Shown here: one piece after another, positions 17,188 through 27,903 of the stretch
Position numbering within the stretch: the stretch's first letter is position 1
Layout: each line of letters starts with the position of its first letter
Assembly: GCA_964587005.1 (NCBI GenBank)
Contig: CAZPJW010000002.1
Coordinates: 12,487 to 76,486, forward strand
Source of the DNA: Candidatus Woesearchaeota archaeon
GTDB lineage: Archaea; Nanobdellota; Nanobdellia; SCGC-AAA011-G17; PNOQ01
Direction of reading: 5' to 3'
DNA length: 64,000 nt
Notes under the pieces: generated by a model
Databases searched by the model: none
What the model was told of the DNA's origin: nothing
Seen by the model: only the letters and a program-made list of their open reading frames with translations
Position numbers and translations under genes: made by a program

Positions 17188-20100
17188 ATGGAAATGAGTA
17201 AAGAGATGGAATTATATTTTGGAAAGTTGGATAGTGATGTTAAAACAGATTTTAAAATAGCTGCAGATTGTAGATTAAAAGGATATGATCCTTCTGAAAA
17301 AGTTGAGATTGTATTGGCTAGAAATATGGCTGAGCGAGTAGAGGGACTTATTTCGGTTGTTAACCCGCAGATTGTTGGTAAGGGTATTGCCGATAGAATT
17401 TTAGAATTAGAAGGGAAATTTGGAAAACTAGACTGGCGTGTTGCTCTTACGATTTCTTTAGAAATTGCAAAAGAAAATTTCTGTAAATTTAAGGATAAAA
17501 CCGAGGCGATGGAGGTTGGTGTTAGAGTTGGGTTTGCTTACATTACTTTGGGTGTTGTTTCTAGTCCGTTAGAAGGATTTTTGGGAATTGATATAAGAAA
17601 AAGAAGAGATGGAGGAGAATATTTTGCTTTGAGGTTTGGTGGTCCGATAAGAAGTGCTGGTGGTACCGGTGCATCCGTAGGTGTGTTGATAGCAGATTAC
17701 ATAAGAAAAGAAATGGGTTATAAGAAATATGATCCGACCGAAAATGAAATAAAAAGGGCACATACTGAAGTTAGAGATTTTCATGAAAGAGTTACTAATT
17801 TACAATATTATCCTTCAGAAGAAGAAGTTGAATTTTTAGCTGGAAATTTACCAGTTCAAATAGATGGAGATCCGTCTGAAAAATTCGAAGTTTCAAATTA
17901 TAAGGATTTGGATAGGATTGGAACAAATATTATCAGGAATGGATTTTGTTTAGTTATGGCAGAATGTTTGGCACAAAAGGCACCGAAGGTACTAAAACAA
18001 CTAAGTAACTGGGGGAAAGATTTTGGTTTGGATGATTGGGACTTTATATCTAAATTTGTTGATTTGCAAAAAAAAATTAAAGCAAAAGAGAAGTCTAAGG
18101 AAGATGATTCTGAAGATGGAAAATTAAAACCAGATCATACATTTATCAAAGATCTTGTTGCAGGTAGGCCAGTGATTACCCACCCAATGCGAAGTGGAGG
18201 TTTGAGATTGAGATATGGTAGGGGGAGAAATACGGGTCTTAGTTCAACTGCAATACACCCTACGACGATGAGGGTTTTAGATAATTTTATAGGTGTTGGA
18301 ACGCAGTTAAAAATGGAGAGACCAGGAAAAGGGACGGCATTGGGTGTTTGCGATTCTATTGAGGGACCAATAGTTAGGTTGAAAAATGGAGACGTTTTAT
18401 TTTTAACTGAAAAAAATTATGAAGAAAACAAAGATAAAATTGATGAAATAATTTTTTTAGGAGACATACTAATTCCATATGGGGATTTTTTTAATAGGGC
18501 GCATGTATTAGTTGCTCCAGGTTATTGTGAAGAATGGTGGTTTGAAGATATGAAATCAAAAACGGCCTCTTGTGATGAATTAAGTAAGGGGGTTGATGTT
18601 GATTTACCTTTATTGAAAAAATTATTTCAAAATCCAATAAAAACATATATTTCTGCAAATGATTCATATAACATCTCTAAAAAGCTAGGTATTCCCCTTC
18701 ACCCAAAATATACCTATCATTGGAAAGATATTGATGAAATCAAATTTTTGGCTTTATTGGATTGGTTAAATAAAGCAATTATAAAAAAAGGAGATTATTA
18801 CAAAATTATTTTGCCTCTAACTTATGAATTAAAAGAAAGAAATGTGGAATTGAAGAAAATTTTAGAAGAACTGGGAGTTCCCCACACCATAGTTTCTAAA
18901 GAACATGTTACAATTGAAGGAGATTATGCCATTGGGTTTATGATTTCATTGGGTTTTTATCAAAAAGAGTTAGAGCTTTCTAAATTAGTGAATGCAGTTA
19001 AAGAGGGAAAAGATATACTAAATATATTAAATAAATTTTCTGAATTAGAAATAAAAGATAAATCGGGAGTATATATCGGGGCCAGGATGGGCAGGCCAGA
19101 AAAAGCAAAGATGCGAAAATTAACTGGAAGCCCGCATGGATTGTTTCCAGTTGGGGAAGAGGGCGGGAGATTAAGATCTTTTCAATCAGCAATTGGTGCG
19201 GGAACTGTTACTGCAGAGTTTTTAGATTATCATTGTGATTCATGTAATATTGATAGTGTTTATTCTAGCTGTCATAAATGTGGGAAAAAAATAGAATTGG
19301 TAGAAGGGGGGAATAAACCCTATAGTGTTAGGAGTATTCAGATTAAAGATTATATAGATAATTCTATGGATAAGATTGGATTAAAAGAGTTACCAGGGTT
19401 AGTAAAGGGAGTAAGGGGAACATCTAATGCAGATCATACTGTAGAAAACTTGATTAAGGGTTTTTTGCGGGCAACACATAATATTTATGTTAATAAAGAT
19501 GGGACAGTTAGGTATGATATGACACAATTACCAATAACTCATTTTAAGCCAGGTGAAACTGGAACAGATGTGGAACAATTAAAGAAATTGGGATATTTGA
19601 AAGATATTTATGGTAATGAATTAGTTGATGATAATCAAATTTTAGAAATTAAACCTCAAGATATAATTTTGCCTTCGTGTAGAACTTCTGGTGAAGAGGG
19701 TGCAGACATAGTATTTTTTAGAGTTGCAAAATTCATAGATGATTTATTGAGCAGATTATATGGGCAAGAAAAATTTTATAATTTAAATTCTAAAAAAGAT
19801 TTGGTTGGGCAGTTGGTGATTAGTTTGGCTCCACATACTTCTGCTGGTATAGTTGGGAGAATAATTGGATTTTCTCAAACACAAGGGTGTTATGCACATC
19901 CTCTTTGGCATTCTGCCCAAAGAAGAGATTGTGATGGAGATGAAAATGGAATTATGTTACTTATGGATGGATTATTAAATTTCTCTAGAAAATATTTACC
20001 TGCCCACAGGGGTTCTACCCAAGATGCTTGTTTAGTTTTAACTACAAATTTGGTGCCAAGTGAAGTAGATGATATGGTTTTTGATATGGATATGGCGTGG

Positions 20101-20679
20101 AATTATCCTCTAGAGTTTTATAGGGCCTGCGAAAAAGGAAAGATGCCTTGGGATGTAAAAATAGAACAATTAAATTCTAATCTTGGAAAAGAGAAACAAT
20201 TTGAAAAGTATGGATTTACTCATGATACTACTAGCATAAATCAAGGAGTTATGTGTAGTATGTATAAGTCTCTTCCAACAATGCAAGAGAAAGTTTTAGG
20301 CCAGATGAAATTAGCTGAAGTAATAAGGGCAGTAGATACATCCGATGTTGCTAGGTTGATTATTGAGAAACATTTTATTCGCGATATAAAGGGAAATTTG
20401 AGAAAGTTTAGCATGCAACAATTTAGGTGCGTAGATTGTAATGCAAAATATAGAAGGCCTCCGTTGGTTGGTAATTGTTTGAAGTGTGGGGGGAGAATAA
20501 TTTTTACAATATCTGAAGGGTCTGTTGTAAAATATTTGAAACCCTCTTTGGATTTGGCTGCCAAATATAATCTTCCAGATTATTTGAAACAAACATTGGA
20601 TTTGGTTCAAGGAAGAATTGAGAGTGTTTTTGGCAAAGATCCTGAAAAACAAGAAGGATTGGGAAAATGGTTTGGTTAG
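17188..20679 (+). CDS. polC: DNA polymerase II (PolD) large subunit DP2
   Basis: 1163 aa with conserved DP2 blocks including Cys clusters. Starts 2 bp after the DP1 stop. No intein-sized insertion. Confidence 0.9.
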   Translation: MEMSKEMELYFGKLDSDVKTDFKIAADCRLKGYDPSEKVEIVLARNMAERVEGLISVVNPQIVGKGIADRILELEGKFGKLDWRVALTISLEIAKENFCKFKDKTEAMEVGVRVGFAYITLGVVSSPLEGFLGIDIRKRRDGGEYFALRFGGPIRSAGGTGASVGVLIADYIRKEMGYKKYDPTENEIKRAHTEVRDFHERVTNLQYYPSEEEVEFLAGNLPVQIDGDPSEKFEVSNYKDLDRIGTNIIRNGFCLVMAECLAQKAPKVLKQLSNWGKDFGLDDWDFISKFVDLQKKIKAKEKSKEDDSEDGKLKPDHTFIKDLVAGRPVITHPMRSGGLRLRYGRGRNTGLSSTAIHPTTMRVLDNFIGVGTQLKMERPGKGTALGVCDSIEGPIVRLKNGDVLFLTEKNYEENKDKIDEIIFLGDILIPYGDFFNRAHVLVAPGYCEEWWFEDMKSKTASCDELSKGVDVDLPLLKKLFQNPIKTYISANDSYNISKKLGIPLHPKYTYHWKDIDEIKFLALLDWLNKAIIKKGDYYKIILPLTYELKERNVELKKILEELGVPHTIVSKEHVTIEGDYAIGFMISLGFYQKELELSKLVNAVKEGKDILNILNKFSELEIKDKSGVYIGARMGRPEKAKMRKLTGSPHGLFPVGEEGGRLRSFQSAIGAGTVTAEFLDYHCDSCNIDSVYSSCHKCGKKIELVEGGNKPYSVRSIQIKDYIDNSMDKIGLKELPGLVKGVRGTSNADHTVENLIKGFLRATHNIYVNKDGTVRYDMTQLPITHFKPGETGTDVEQLKKLGYLKDIYGNELVDDNQILEIKPQDIILPSCRTSGEEGADIVFFRVAKFIDDLLSRLYGQEKFYNLNSKKDLVGQLVISLAPHTSAGIVGRIIGFSQTQGCYAHPLWHSAQRRDCDGDENGIMLLMDGLLNFSRKYLPAHRGSTQDACLVLTTNLVPSEVDDMVFDMDMAWNYPLEFYRACEKGKMPWDVKIEQLNSNLGKEKQFEKYGFTHDTTSINQGVMCSMYKSLPTMQEKVLGQMKLAEVIRAVDTSDVARLIIEKHFIRDIKGNLRKFSMQQFRCVDCNAKYRRPPLVGNCLKCGGRIIFTISEGSVVKYLKPSLDLAAKYNLPDYLKQTLDLVQGRIESVFGKDPEKQEGLGKWFG

Positions 20680-20680
20680 A

Positions 20681-21892
20681 TTATAATATAAAATATAAAA
20701 TAACTGGTAATAACAAACAACCCATTAAGTGATTTCTTCCAATTCCTAGTTTTGCTGGGAGTATTCCCGTGAATGTTGAGACTGTTAGAATTAATAATCC
20801 TAAGAAATTGCTTGATAAGAAGAAAACCATTAGGATGATAAGAAGTATTATTGAAACTACCAATTTTCTGTAATTTATTTTTGAAAACAATTTTGAAAAA
20901 ACTTTTGTTATATTTATTGTTAAGAAAACTGCTATTCCTCCTGCTATTAGTGTTGATGCCAAAAATATTATTGTGTCCTGGAATGTTACTGTTCCCATTA
21001 TTTTTGAAACTGCGACTATTGCCCCATTTCTAGCTTTATCTAATAAAAATAAGGCAATCAATGATAGTACCATATTTATTGTGTTAAGCCCACCAATTAA
21101 AATTAAAAATCCTTCATTCGTAATTTTTTTATAAAATTCTGATCCCAAAATTGCGGCTTGAGCGGGACCAAGCCCTGGAAGAAATGAGCATAAACTTCCT
21201 GCTACCATTGATGAACCCATTGTTTTTGCCAATTCTAATTTTTTTATTTTTGGGAAACTTATTTTTTGCAAAGGTATTTTTGTTTTGTCTGACAAACTTA
21301 TTATCAGGGTGCTTGTTCCGAATAAACCAGATAGTAAAGGAAATAGGGGATTTTCTAAATTTGGTAAGTTTAATGTTGCTATCCCTAAGACTCCAGATAA
21401 AAGGAATATTATTAGTGGCCATAGGAATGTTTTGCCTTTTTTCTCACGATGTATTAAAAAAAGAGATGCAGCGATTAAAATATATGCCATAAATTTTTGT
21501 AAATGAGGATAGATTTGTTCTATTAATGCACCTATCGGAAAAGCTAAAGCAATAGTTATTATCAAAGCAAAGAAACTACCTATTAATGTTAGCATTACTG
21601 CTTCATATCCTTTTCCTTCTAATAACATTTTGTGCCCTGGCAAAACAGATAATGCGGTTTCTGCTTCCGGGGCACCAAGAAAGATAGAAGGAATTGTATC
21701 TAAAAATGTGTGGGTTATTGCCATAGATATTATGAATATAGAAATAATTAATGGAGAGGTTATTTCTAAAAGGAGAACCGAAAAACTTAATACAATTAAA
21801 CTAACAAGATTGATATGAATTCCAGGTATTAAACCAGTTACTATTCCAAATAAACAACCAATTAATATTGCTATGAATATTTCTAGAGTCAT
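20681..21892 (-). CDS. TctA-like (DUF112) polytopic membrane protein
   Basis: 403 aa with about 10 TM helices. Repeated G-x-x-PG motifs (TGLIPGIHIN, LPGLGPAQAA). Confidence 0.45.
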   Translation of the reverse strand: MTLEIFIAILIGCLFGIVTGLIPGIHINLVSLIVLSFSVLLLEITSPLIISIFIISMAITHTFLDTIPSIFLGAPEAETALSVLPGHKMLLEGKGYEAVMLTLIGSFFALIITIALAFPIGALIEQIYPHLQKFMAYILIAASLFLIHREKKGKTFLWPLIIFLLSGVLGIATLNLPNLENPLFPLLSGLFGTSTLIISLSDKTKIPLQKISFPKIKKLELAKTMGSSMVAGSLCSFLPGLGPAQAAILGSEFYKKITNEGFLILIGGLNTINMVLSLIALFLLDKARNGAIVAVSKIMGTVTFQDTIIFLASTLIAGGIAVFLTINITKVFSKLFSKINYRKLVVSIILLIILMVFFLSSNFLGLLILTVSTFTGILPAKLGIGRNHLMGCLLLPVILYFIL

Positions 21893-22278
21893 TTTGATTT
21901 TATTTCATCTGCACTTATTTCTAAATTTCCTTGATAACTTATTATGGTTCCTTCTATCTCCACTATTTGATAATTTTTGAGTGGTATATTTTCAGGTGTT
22001 TGAAATAGATTTAGTGGGAAAATTTTTGTTTCGTTATTTTTAAATATAATGGCCGTAATTGTTCCAGTTTCATCTTTTATGTTTGCTATTATTATTTCTG
22101 GAGTATCTACTACGTTTGTTATTTCTCCATTAATTTTTATTTTTTGGTCGATTTTATCTTCATTTATATCAGAAATTTTTGTTATGGGGAGGGTAGTTGA
22201 TTCAGATATGAATAATATTGTGAAAACGCCTAAAACAGAAAAAATGAGAGATATTTTTAATAAGAGGTTTTCGTCCAT
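21889..22278 (-). CDS. membrane-anchored OB-fold (BOF/YgiW-like) protein
   Basis: 129 aa. A signal anchor followed by an OB-fold-like beta domain. Confidence 0.4.
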   Translation of the reverse strand: MDENLLLKISLIFSVLGVFTILFISESTTLPITKISDINEDKIDQKIKINGEITNVVDTPEIIIANIKDETGTITAIIFKNNETKIFPLNLFQTPENIPLKNYQIVEIEGTIISYQGNLEISADEIKSK

Positions 22279-22341
22279 AAAATAGGGAATGAGGTAGGTT
22301 TATTAATTTTTTTGGTTTGAAAAAGTAATGTTTATATATAC

Positions 22342-23478
22342 TTGACAGTTTTCTTTTTTAGCCAAATGATATCCATTGGTAAAAAAGAAGGAGATATATC
22401 TAATTATCTTTCTGAAGAAAATAGAAAGCTAAGGGACACTTTATCTAAATTAAAGAGAGAAATCGATTTAATGAAAGAACCGCCCCTTCTAGTTTGTGAT
22501 GTTTTGAAGATTGTTGAAAAGAAAGCAATAGTTAGATTACCAAATGGAAGCCATTTTTTTGTTAATGTCTCTCCCCTTTTATATGATAAACTTCAGCCAG
22601 GAGATAGAGTTTTGGCTGAGCAGAAGTCTTTGGTTTTAGTTGATAGAATGGATAAATCAAAAAATCATTCGGTTGAGAATTTTTTAATTATTGAGAAGCC
22701 AAATGTCTCTTGGAATGACATTGGGGGACTTAGAAGCCAAGTTAGGGAAATTAAAGAAGTTATTGAGCTCCCGTTGAGCAAACCAGGATTATTTAGGAAA
22801 ATTGGTATCTCTCCACCAAAGGGAATTTTGTTACATGGGCCAAGTGGGACGGGGAAAACCTTGTTAGCTAGAGCTGTTGCTGCAAGTACAAATTCTACTT
22901 TTATTGAAATAGTGGGCTCTGAATTAGTTCAGAAATTTATTGGAGAGGGAGCTAAATTGGTAAAAGATATTTTCAGTTTGGCAAGAGAGAAAGCCCCTTC
23001 TGTTATTTTTATTGACGAGATGGATGCCATTGCGTCTGAAAGAGTGGATATTGGAACTTCTGGTGAGAGAGAAGTTCAAAGAACATTTATGCAATTATTA
23101 AGTGAAATTGATGGATTTAAACACTTGGATAATGTAAAGATTATTGGTGCTACAAACAGAAAAGACATTTTAGATCAGGCAATTTTAAGGCCAGGTAGAT
23201 TGGATCGTTTGATAGAAGTGCCTTATCCTCAACTTGAAGAAAGGAGAGAAATTTTTAATATTCATACAAGGGAAATGAATTTAGAAAAAATAGATTTAGA
23301 TGAGCTGTCTAAAATAACTGAAGGATTTTCTGGGGCAGAGATAAGATCCGTTTGTACAGAAGCAGGGTATTTTGCTATCCGAGCAAAAAGATTAAATGTT
23401 TTATATTCTGATTTTTTGAGAGCAGTTGATAAAATTAAAAAAGAGGAGGATAAACGGTATAAAAATATGTTTGGATAA
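22342..23478 (+). CDS. pan: proteasome-activating nucleotidase PAN (AAA+ ATPase)
   Basis: 378 aa. N-terminal coiled coil, OB region, Walker A GPSGTGKT, Walker B IIFIDEMD. Confidence 0.85.
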   Translation: MTVFFFSQMISIGKKEGDISNYLSEENRKLRDTLSKLKREIDLMKEPPLLVCDVLKIVEKKAIVRLPNGSHFFVNVSPLLYDKLQPGDRVLAEQKSLVLVDRMDKSKNHSVENFLIIEKPNVSWNDIGGLRSQVREIKEVIELPLSKPGLFRKIGISPPKGILLHGPSGTGKTLLARAVAASTNSTFIEIVGSELVQKFIGEGAKLVKDIFSLAREKAPSVIFIDEMDAIASERVDIGTSGEREVQRTFMQLLSEIDGFKHLDNVKIIGATNRKDILDQAILRPGRLDRLIEVPYPQLEERREIFNIHTREMNLEKIDLDELSKITEGFSGAEIRSVCTEAGYFAIRAKRLNVLYSDFLRAVDKIKKEEDKRYKNMFG

Positions 23479-23480
23479 AA

Positions 23481-23585
23481 ATGAATGATGCATTAACATT
23501 TATACTTTCGATTGTTAGTTTGTTAGTTTTATATTGGATATTTTTTGGAGAAAAAAGAATGAAAAATAAGATGGAAGGAAAATGA
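23481..23585 (+). CDS. possible 34-aa hydrophobic micro-protein
   Basis: MNDALTFILSIVSLLVLYWIFFGEKRMKNKMEGK. Its stop overlaps the ATG of the next gene. Not in the ORF track (<60 aa). Confidence 0.15.
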   Translation: MNDALTFILSIVSLLVLYWIFFGEKRMKNKMEGK

Positions 23586-24118
23586 GAATATTTATTGCTT
23601 TAGCTATTCCAGATATTGTAAAAGATAATTTATTTGAAATTCAAAAGCATGTTCCTTCTAATCTTGCAAAAATTAAATGGGTTCCAAAAAAGAACCTTCA
23701 TATTACTTTAAAATTTCTTGGAAACATTGATGAACAGAAATTAGAAGAAATTAAGAGTCGATTGGTAAATATTAGATTTGATTCTTCTAAACTAAGATTC
23801 AAGAGTATTGGAGTTTTTAACAAAGAAGGAAAGCCCAATATTATTAGATTAGATTTTTATGATAATAAAACTATTGAAGAGCTATACCTGAAAATAGATG
23901 AGGCATTATTGGACTTATTTCCTTCAAATCAGAAGTTTACGTTACATGTTACTTTTGGAAGAATAAAAAATATTAAAAGAAAAAAAGAACTTTTGGATAG
24001 AATTGAATCGTTTGAGTTTTTTAAGGAAGAGTTTATGGTTGAAGGATTTAATATTATGCATAGTATTCCGGTTAAAGGAACCCATATCTATAAACTTGTT
24101 GAAAAGTTTAAAGCATAA
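23582..24118 (+). CDS. ligT: 2'-5' RNA ligase / 2H phosphoesterase (LigT/ThpR)
   Basis: 178 aa with two H-x-T-x motifs (HITLKFLG and HVTFGRI). Confidence 0.75.
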   Translation: MRIFIALAIPDIVKDNLFEIQKHVPSNLAKIKWVPKKNLHITLKFLGNIDEQKLEEIKSRLVNIRFDSSKLRFKSIGVFNKEGKPNIIRLDFYDNKTIEELYLKIDEALLDLFPSNQKFTLHVTFGRIKNIKRKKELLDRIESFEFFKEEFMVEGFNIMHSIPVKGTHIYKLVEKFKA

Positions 24119-24134
24119 GTTTTATTAACTTATT

Positions 24135-25352
24135 ATGGTTTTTTTAAATATGTTTGACCCAGATATGAGTGAGGAACATAATTATCGGTGGTGGCCTTTA
24201 ATATTATTTAGTGTGATTGTTATAGGTGTATTTATCTTTCTTTTTATAGGTGGTGGAAAAAATATTGAGTTGCCTTTATCTCCTTCTACCGGGTGTGTTG
24301 TGATGCAAGATAGGGGAAAATATAACGATAGTATTAATATTGTATTTTTGGGAACAGGATATGAAGATGTTGTAGAATTTAGGGCGGATAGTGAGAAGTT
24401 TATGAGTAGTTTCTTGAATGTTGCCCCCCATAATTTGTATAGGGACAGATTTAATTTTTTTAGAATTGAGGCGTTTGACGATTTTGGATGTAGTTATGAT
24501 GATGCTATAATTTGTAATCCTCAGCTTGTTCAACAAGAAGCCATTAAATGCCCCGGGCAGGATGTTAATGTCGTATTGACCAACAGGGGGAAAACTGAAG
24601 ATTTCTTTAGTCATCTAAGATCTTCGGCATGGTTAAACCTAGCTTCAATTAATTCTGCAGATGATCCATTAGTTTTGGTTCATGAGATAGGACATATTGG
24701 ATACAACTTTGCTGATGAATATGTATATGGAGGAGACATTACGTGGGATGCTCCTAATTGTGATCCTGAAAAACTTTCTTGCCCGATGTTTTCAGATGTT
24801 GATGGTTCTGAATGCATTGTGGGTTGCGTAAATCAAGAATATGCTAGATCTGTGTATTATGGCATTATGAGTAATTATTGGAAAAGCCCAAAATTCGGTA
24901 ATTATGATGAATGGTGGATTGAGAATTATCTTCTTGAGAATACCAAAGGTGGAGGAGAACATGAGTTTGGCGGTGATCCAAATGAAGGACCAACAGATGT
25001 TTATGTTGTAAAAGGAGAATGTACAACGGATGGAGAATGTACAATTGAGGAAGTAGTTATGAGCCCTTCAAGATATACAACTAGCTCAAAACTTATAAAT
25101 TCAGATATTGAAATAAAACACGGAGATAGTGTAATTAAGGTGCCCCGTAGTGGTTTGTTGTTTAAGGATTTTGGAGATTCTGGGAGTGTTGAGTTAAGAC
25201 CATATGATTTTTTGATTGCAATTCCTGTTGATCCAGATGAGAATGAAATAGTTTTGTTGGATAAGGGAAATGTTAAAAGTAGATATATAATTGAAAAGGA
25301 TGATTTGCAGTTGGGCGGTTCTAAAATAGTTGGAATACCTAGAGTAAGTTAA
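24135..25352 (+). CDS. membrane-anchored zinc metallopeptidase (HExxH...DEY, M64-like)
   Basis: 405 aa. An N-terminal TM helix, then VLVHEIGHIGYNFADEY (HExxH-x6-DEY). Confidence 0.45.
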   Translation: MVFLNMFDPDMSEEHNYRWWPLILFSVIVIGVFIFLFIGGGKNIELPLSPSTGCVVMQDRGKYNDSINIVFLGTGYEDVVEFRADSEKFMSSFLNVAPHNLYRDRFNFFRIEAFDDFGCSYDDAIICNPQLVQQEAIKCPGQDVNVVLTNRGKTEDFFSHLRSSAWLNLASINSADDPLVLVHEIGHIGYNFADEYVYGGDITWDAPNCDPEKLSCPMFSDVDGSECIVGCVNQEYARSVYYGIMSNYWKSPKFGNYDEWWIENYLLENTKGGGEHEFGGDPNEGPTDVYVVKGECTTDGECTIEEVVMSPSRYTTSSKLINSDIEIKHGDSVIKVPRSGLLFKDFGDSGSVELRPYDFLIAIPVDPDENEIVLLDKGNVKSRYIIEKDDLQLGGSKIVGIPRVS

Positions 25353-27541
25353 TTTTCTGAGTAGTTTTCATCTAGAATATTTTGTATGTCTTTTGCTTTT
25401 TTTGTCCCTATTTTTTCGATTTTTTCTAGGTTTTCTTTTTTTGAATTGACAATTTTTTTTATTGTTTTAAACTCTCTTAGTAATGCCCTTGCTAATGATG
25501 GGCCCACTCCAGGGAAGGATTCTATTATGAATTCTTGTTGTTCTTTTGTGGTCATGGGAGTTTTATCTGTTCTTATTGAAATTTCTTTATCTGTTGATTT
25601 TTGTTCTTTTGTTGCAATTGATTTTACTAATTCTGCTGTGTCTTGAGAATCTTTTGTTCTTATTAAGGGTATTTTGAATGCAGTAACAATTGTGGCAAGC
25701 ATACCTCTTATTGCATTTGGATGGATATTTCTAACAGAATAGATATCTTCTTCGCCTTCCAGTATAATTAATGGAACTTCGAAATTATTTTTTAGATCTT
25801 TTATTTGTGTAAAAATTCTTTTATCAATTATTGAGTTAACAAAGTCAGGTATTGTCTTTCTTTCGATTCCAACTCTGTCAGAGGCAATTATGTCTGCAGT
25901 TGCCAATGTTTTTACTTCTACATTCATTCCTAACTCTATTAAGTTTTTAGAAAGATTTGTACCTCTTTCTCTGGTGTCAATTATTACTTTTGGTGAAGTT
26001 CTTTCTTCTATATAATTGTTCAAAGTTACTTCTTTTTTATTTATTGGGATTTTATCTTTTAGCTTTAATAACAGAGAGTGCATTCTCTTCTCTTTATTTA
26101 CTGAAACCCAATGGTATGCTTCGTCTCGAGTATTTTTTGTCATTAATACCATTGATTTCCCAGATTTGTGTCTGGCAGTTCTTCCTCTTCTTTGAATACT
26201 TCTTATTGCAGAGGGGATCGGCTCGTAAAAAACAACTAACTCTACATTAGGGATGTCTAGCCCCTCTTCACCTATTGATGTTGAAATTATGCAGTTGTAT
26301 ATACTTGATTCAAAATCCTTTATGATATTTATTTGTTCTTTTTGTGTAAGGCCAACGCCTTTCTTTTTTAGTTGGCCTACAAATAATTTTGCATTTATTT
26401 CTTTTAATTTGTTTAATTCTGTTTCTATTTCTTGGGCTGAATCTCTATATTGATTGAATATCATGATTTTAGAATTAGCATTTTTTTTGAGTTCTTCTAG
26501 TACTATTTCTTTTAATTTAATTAATTTAGGATGAAGCACATTGTCTTTCTTTAATTGTTTTGTTTTTATAAATGCAGATTTTACATTTAGGTCCGATATT
26601 ATATTCTGGAGCGATTTTGTTTTATTTTTTGTGTCTGTGAACAATCCCCTTAGATATTCATTTAGTGGAGTGACTCCTTGGGTTTCTAAAAGTTCTATTG
26701 CATGATTTAGCTTTATGGCTTCAGCAGATGTTGAAATTCCCTTGAATATGGCAAAATCTTTTTCTCCTCTTGCTATCATCCCTTGTAGGGAACCTTGCAT
26801 TGAAAGTAAATCTCTTTTAGTATAACTTTTTGATTTTAGAAAACCCATTTCTGAAAGGGAATTTATTCTTTGTTTTAGTGCATTATCTAAAAAATCTTTT
26901 ATTTCCTTGAACTTTTGTGGAAAATTTACCTTTACCCAATCTATTTCTATTTTTTGGATGTATGGGCTAACATCCGGATCATTTTCAGTTCTAACTTCTA
27001 TATTTTTTATGTATAAATTCTTTATTATTTCTGTAATTGTTTCTTTATCTGATCCTGGAGAAGCAGTCAAACCAACTATCCTTTCAAATTTTGAATTTTT
27101 ATGATATTGTTTTACTATCCAAGAATATGCATAGTCTTTCACTGCCCGGTGTGCTTCGTCAATAACTAATAGTGATACATTTGAGTAATCTATTGTGTTG
27201 TTTATTATATCATTTTCAATTGTTTGAGGTGTACTGATTACTATTTTTGATTCTTTCCACAATTCTGCTCTTTTTTTTGGAGGCACGGCCCCAGTAAATA
27301 AATTTATTTCAGCTATGCTAGTTTCTTTTTGGAATTCCTTGTATATTTGGTTAGCAAGGGGTTTTGTTGGTGTTAGAAATAGAATTTTTGAGTTGGGATG
27401 AATATTTAATCTGTCTATTGCGGATAATATTGCTACCTTTGTTTTCCCCATTCCGGTGGGCAAGACTACTAGAGTATTATCTTTTTTGCAACTATCTAAA
27501 ATTGTTTCTTGGTATAGTCTTGGTTGGAAATTTATCTTCAT
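25349..27541 (-). CDS. hef: Hef helicase-nuclease (FANCM/XPF-like)
   Basis: 730 aa. N-terminal SF2 helicase (LPTGMGKT, DEAH). C-terminal ERCC4 nuclease (IIDTRERG) and tandem HhH. Confidence 0.85.
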   Translation of the reverse strand: MKINFQPRLYQETILDSCKKDNTLVVLPTGMGKTKVAILSAIDRLNIHPNSKILFLTPTKPLANQIYKEFQKETSIAEINLFTGAVPPKKRAELWKESKIVISTPQTIENDIINNTIDYSNVSLLVIDEAHRAVKDYAYSWIVKQYHKNSKFERIVGLTASPGSDKETITEIIKNLYIKNIEVRTENDPDVSPYIQKIEIDWVKVNFPQKFKEIKDFLDNALKQRINSLSEMGFLKSKSYTKRDLLSMQGSLQGMIARGEKDFAIFKGISTSAEAIKLNHAIELLETQGVTPLNEYLRGLFTDTKNKTKSLQNIISDLNVKSAFIKTKQLKKDNVLHPKLIKLKEIVLEELKKNANSKIMIFNQYRDSAQEIETELNKLKEINAKLFVGQLKKKGVGLTQKEQINIIKDFESSIYNCIISTSIGEEGLDIPNVELVVFYEPIPSAIRSIQRRGRTARHKSGKSMVLMTKNTRDEAYHWVSVNKEKRMHSLLLKLKDKIPINKKEVTLNNYIEERTSPKVIIDTRERGTNLSKNLIELGMNVEVKTLATADIIASDRVGIERKTIPDFVNSIIDKRIFTQIKDLKNNFEVPLIILEGEEDIYSVRNIHPNAIRGMLATIVTAFKIPLIRTKDSQDTAELVKSIATKEQKSTDKEISIRTDKTPMTTKEQQEFIIESFPGVGPSLARALLREFKTIKKIVNSKKENLEKIEKIGTKKAKDIQNILDENYSEN

Positions 27542-27627
27542 TTATCTGGAATATTTGTTTTGTTTATAAATTGTTTTCTTGTACGTGACAAGATAATTTT
27601 ATAAAATATATTTAACTTGGCCTTTTT

Positions 27628-27903
27628 ATGATTGTTAAAATATTATCTTTGATAGATTTATTATTTGGATTGAATTTAATTTTATATGTTCAAAATGGTT
27701 TTTTTGAGAGTGGATTAGTTGTTTTATTGTTATTATCAATATTGAAAGCAGTATTTACAATTAAAGATTTTTTTAGTAAAATTGATTTGCTGCTTTCGAT
27801 TATCGCAGCATTTTCTTTTTTTGGATTGGGAGGAATTGTAATTTGGTTTATTGCTGGCTGGTTTTTTATAAAAGGATTGTTTGGATTAGTTAGTTCTGTA
27901 TAA
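27628..27903 (+). CDS. small membrane protein
   Basis: 91 aa with 3 hydrophobic helices. Confidence 0.3.
   Translation: MIVKILSLIDLLFGLNLILYVQNGFFESGLVVLLLLSILKAVFTIKDFFSKIDLLLSIIAAFSFFGLGGIVIWFIAGWFFIKGLFGLVSSV

Noticed and set aside
17561-17784. Two small minus-strand ORFs inside polD large subunit
   Set aside because: Shadow frames within a strongly supported 1163-aa gene.
17188-20679. Possible intein in PolD large subunit
   Set aside because: The length (1163 aa) is standard for intein-free DP2. No HNH or LAGLIDADG block or Cys/Ser...HN splice junction noticed.
20241-21506. Several 60-113 aa ORFs antisense to the DP2 3' end and to the TctA-like membrane gene
   Set aside because: They overlap longer genes on the opposite strand. 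Their compositions (Phe/Leu/Lys runs) mirror AT-rich antisense frames.
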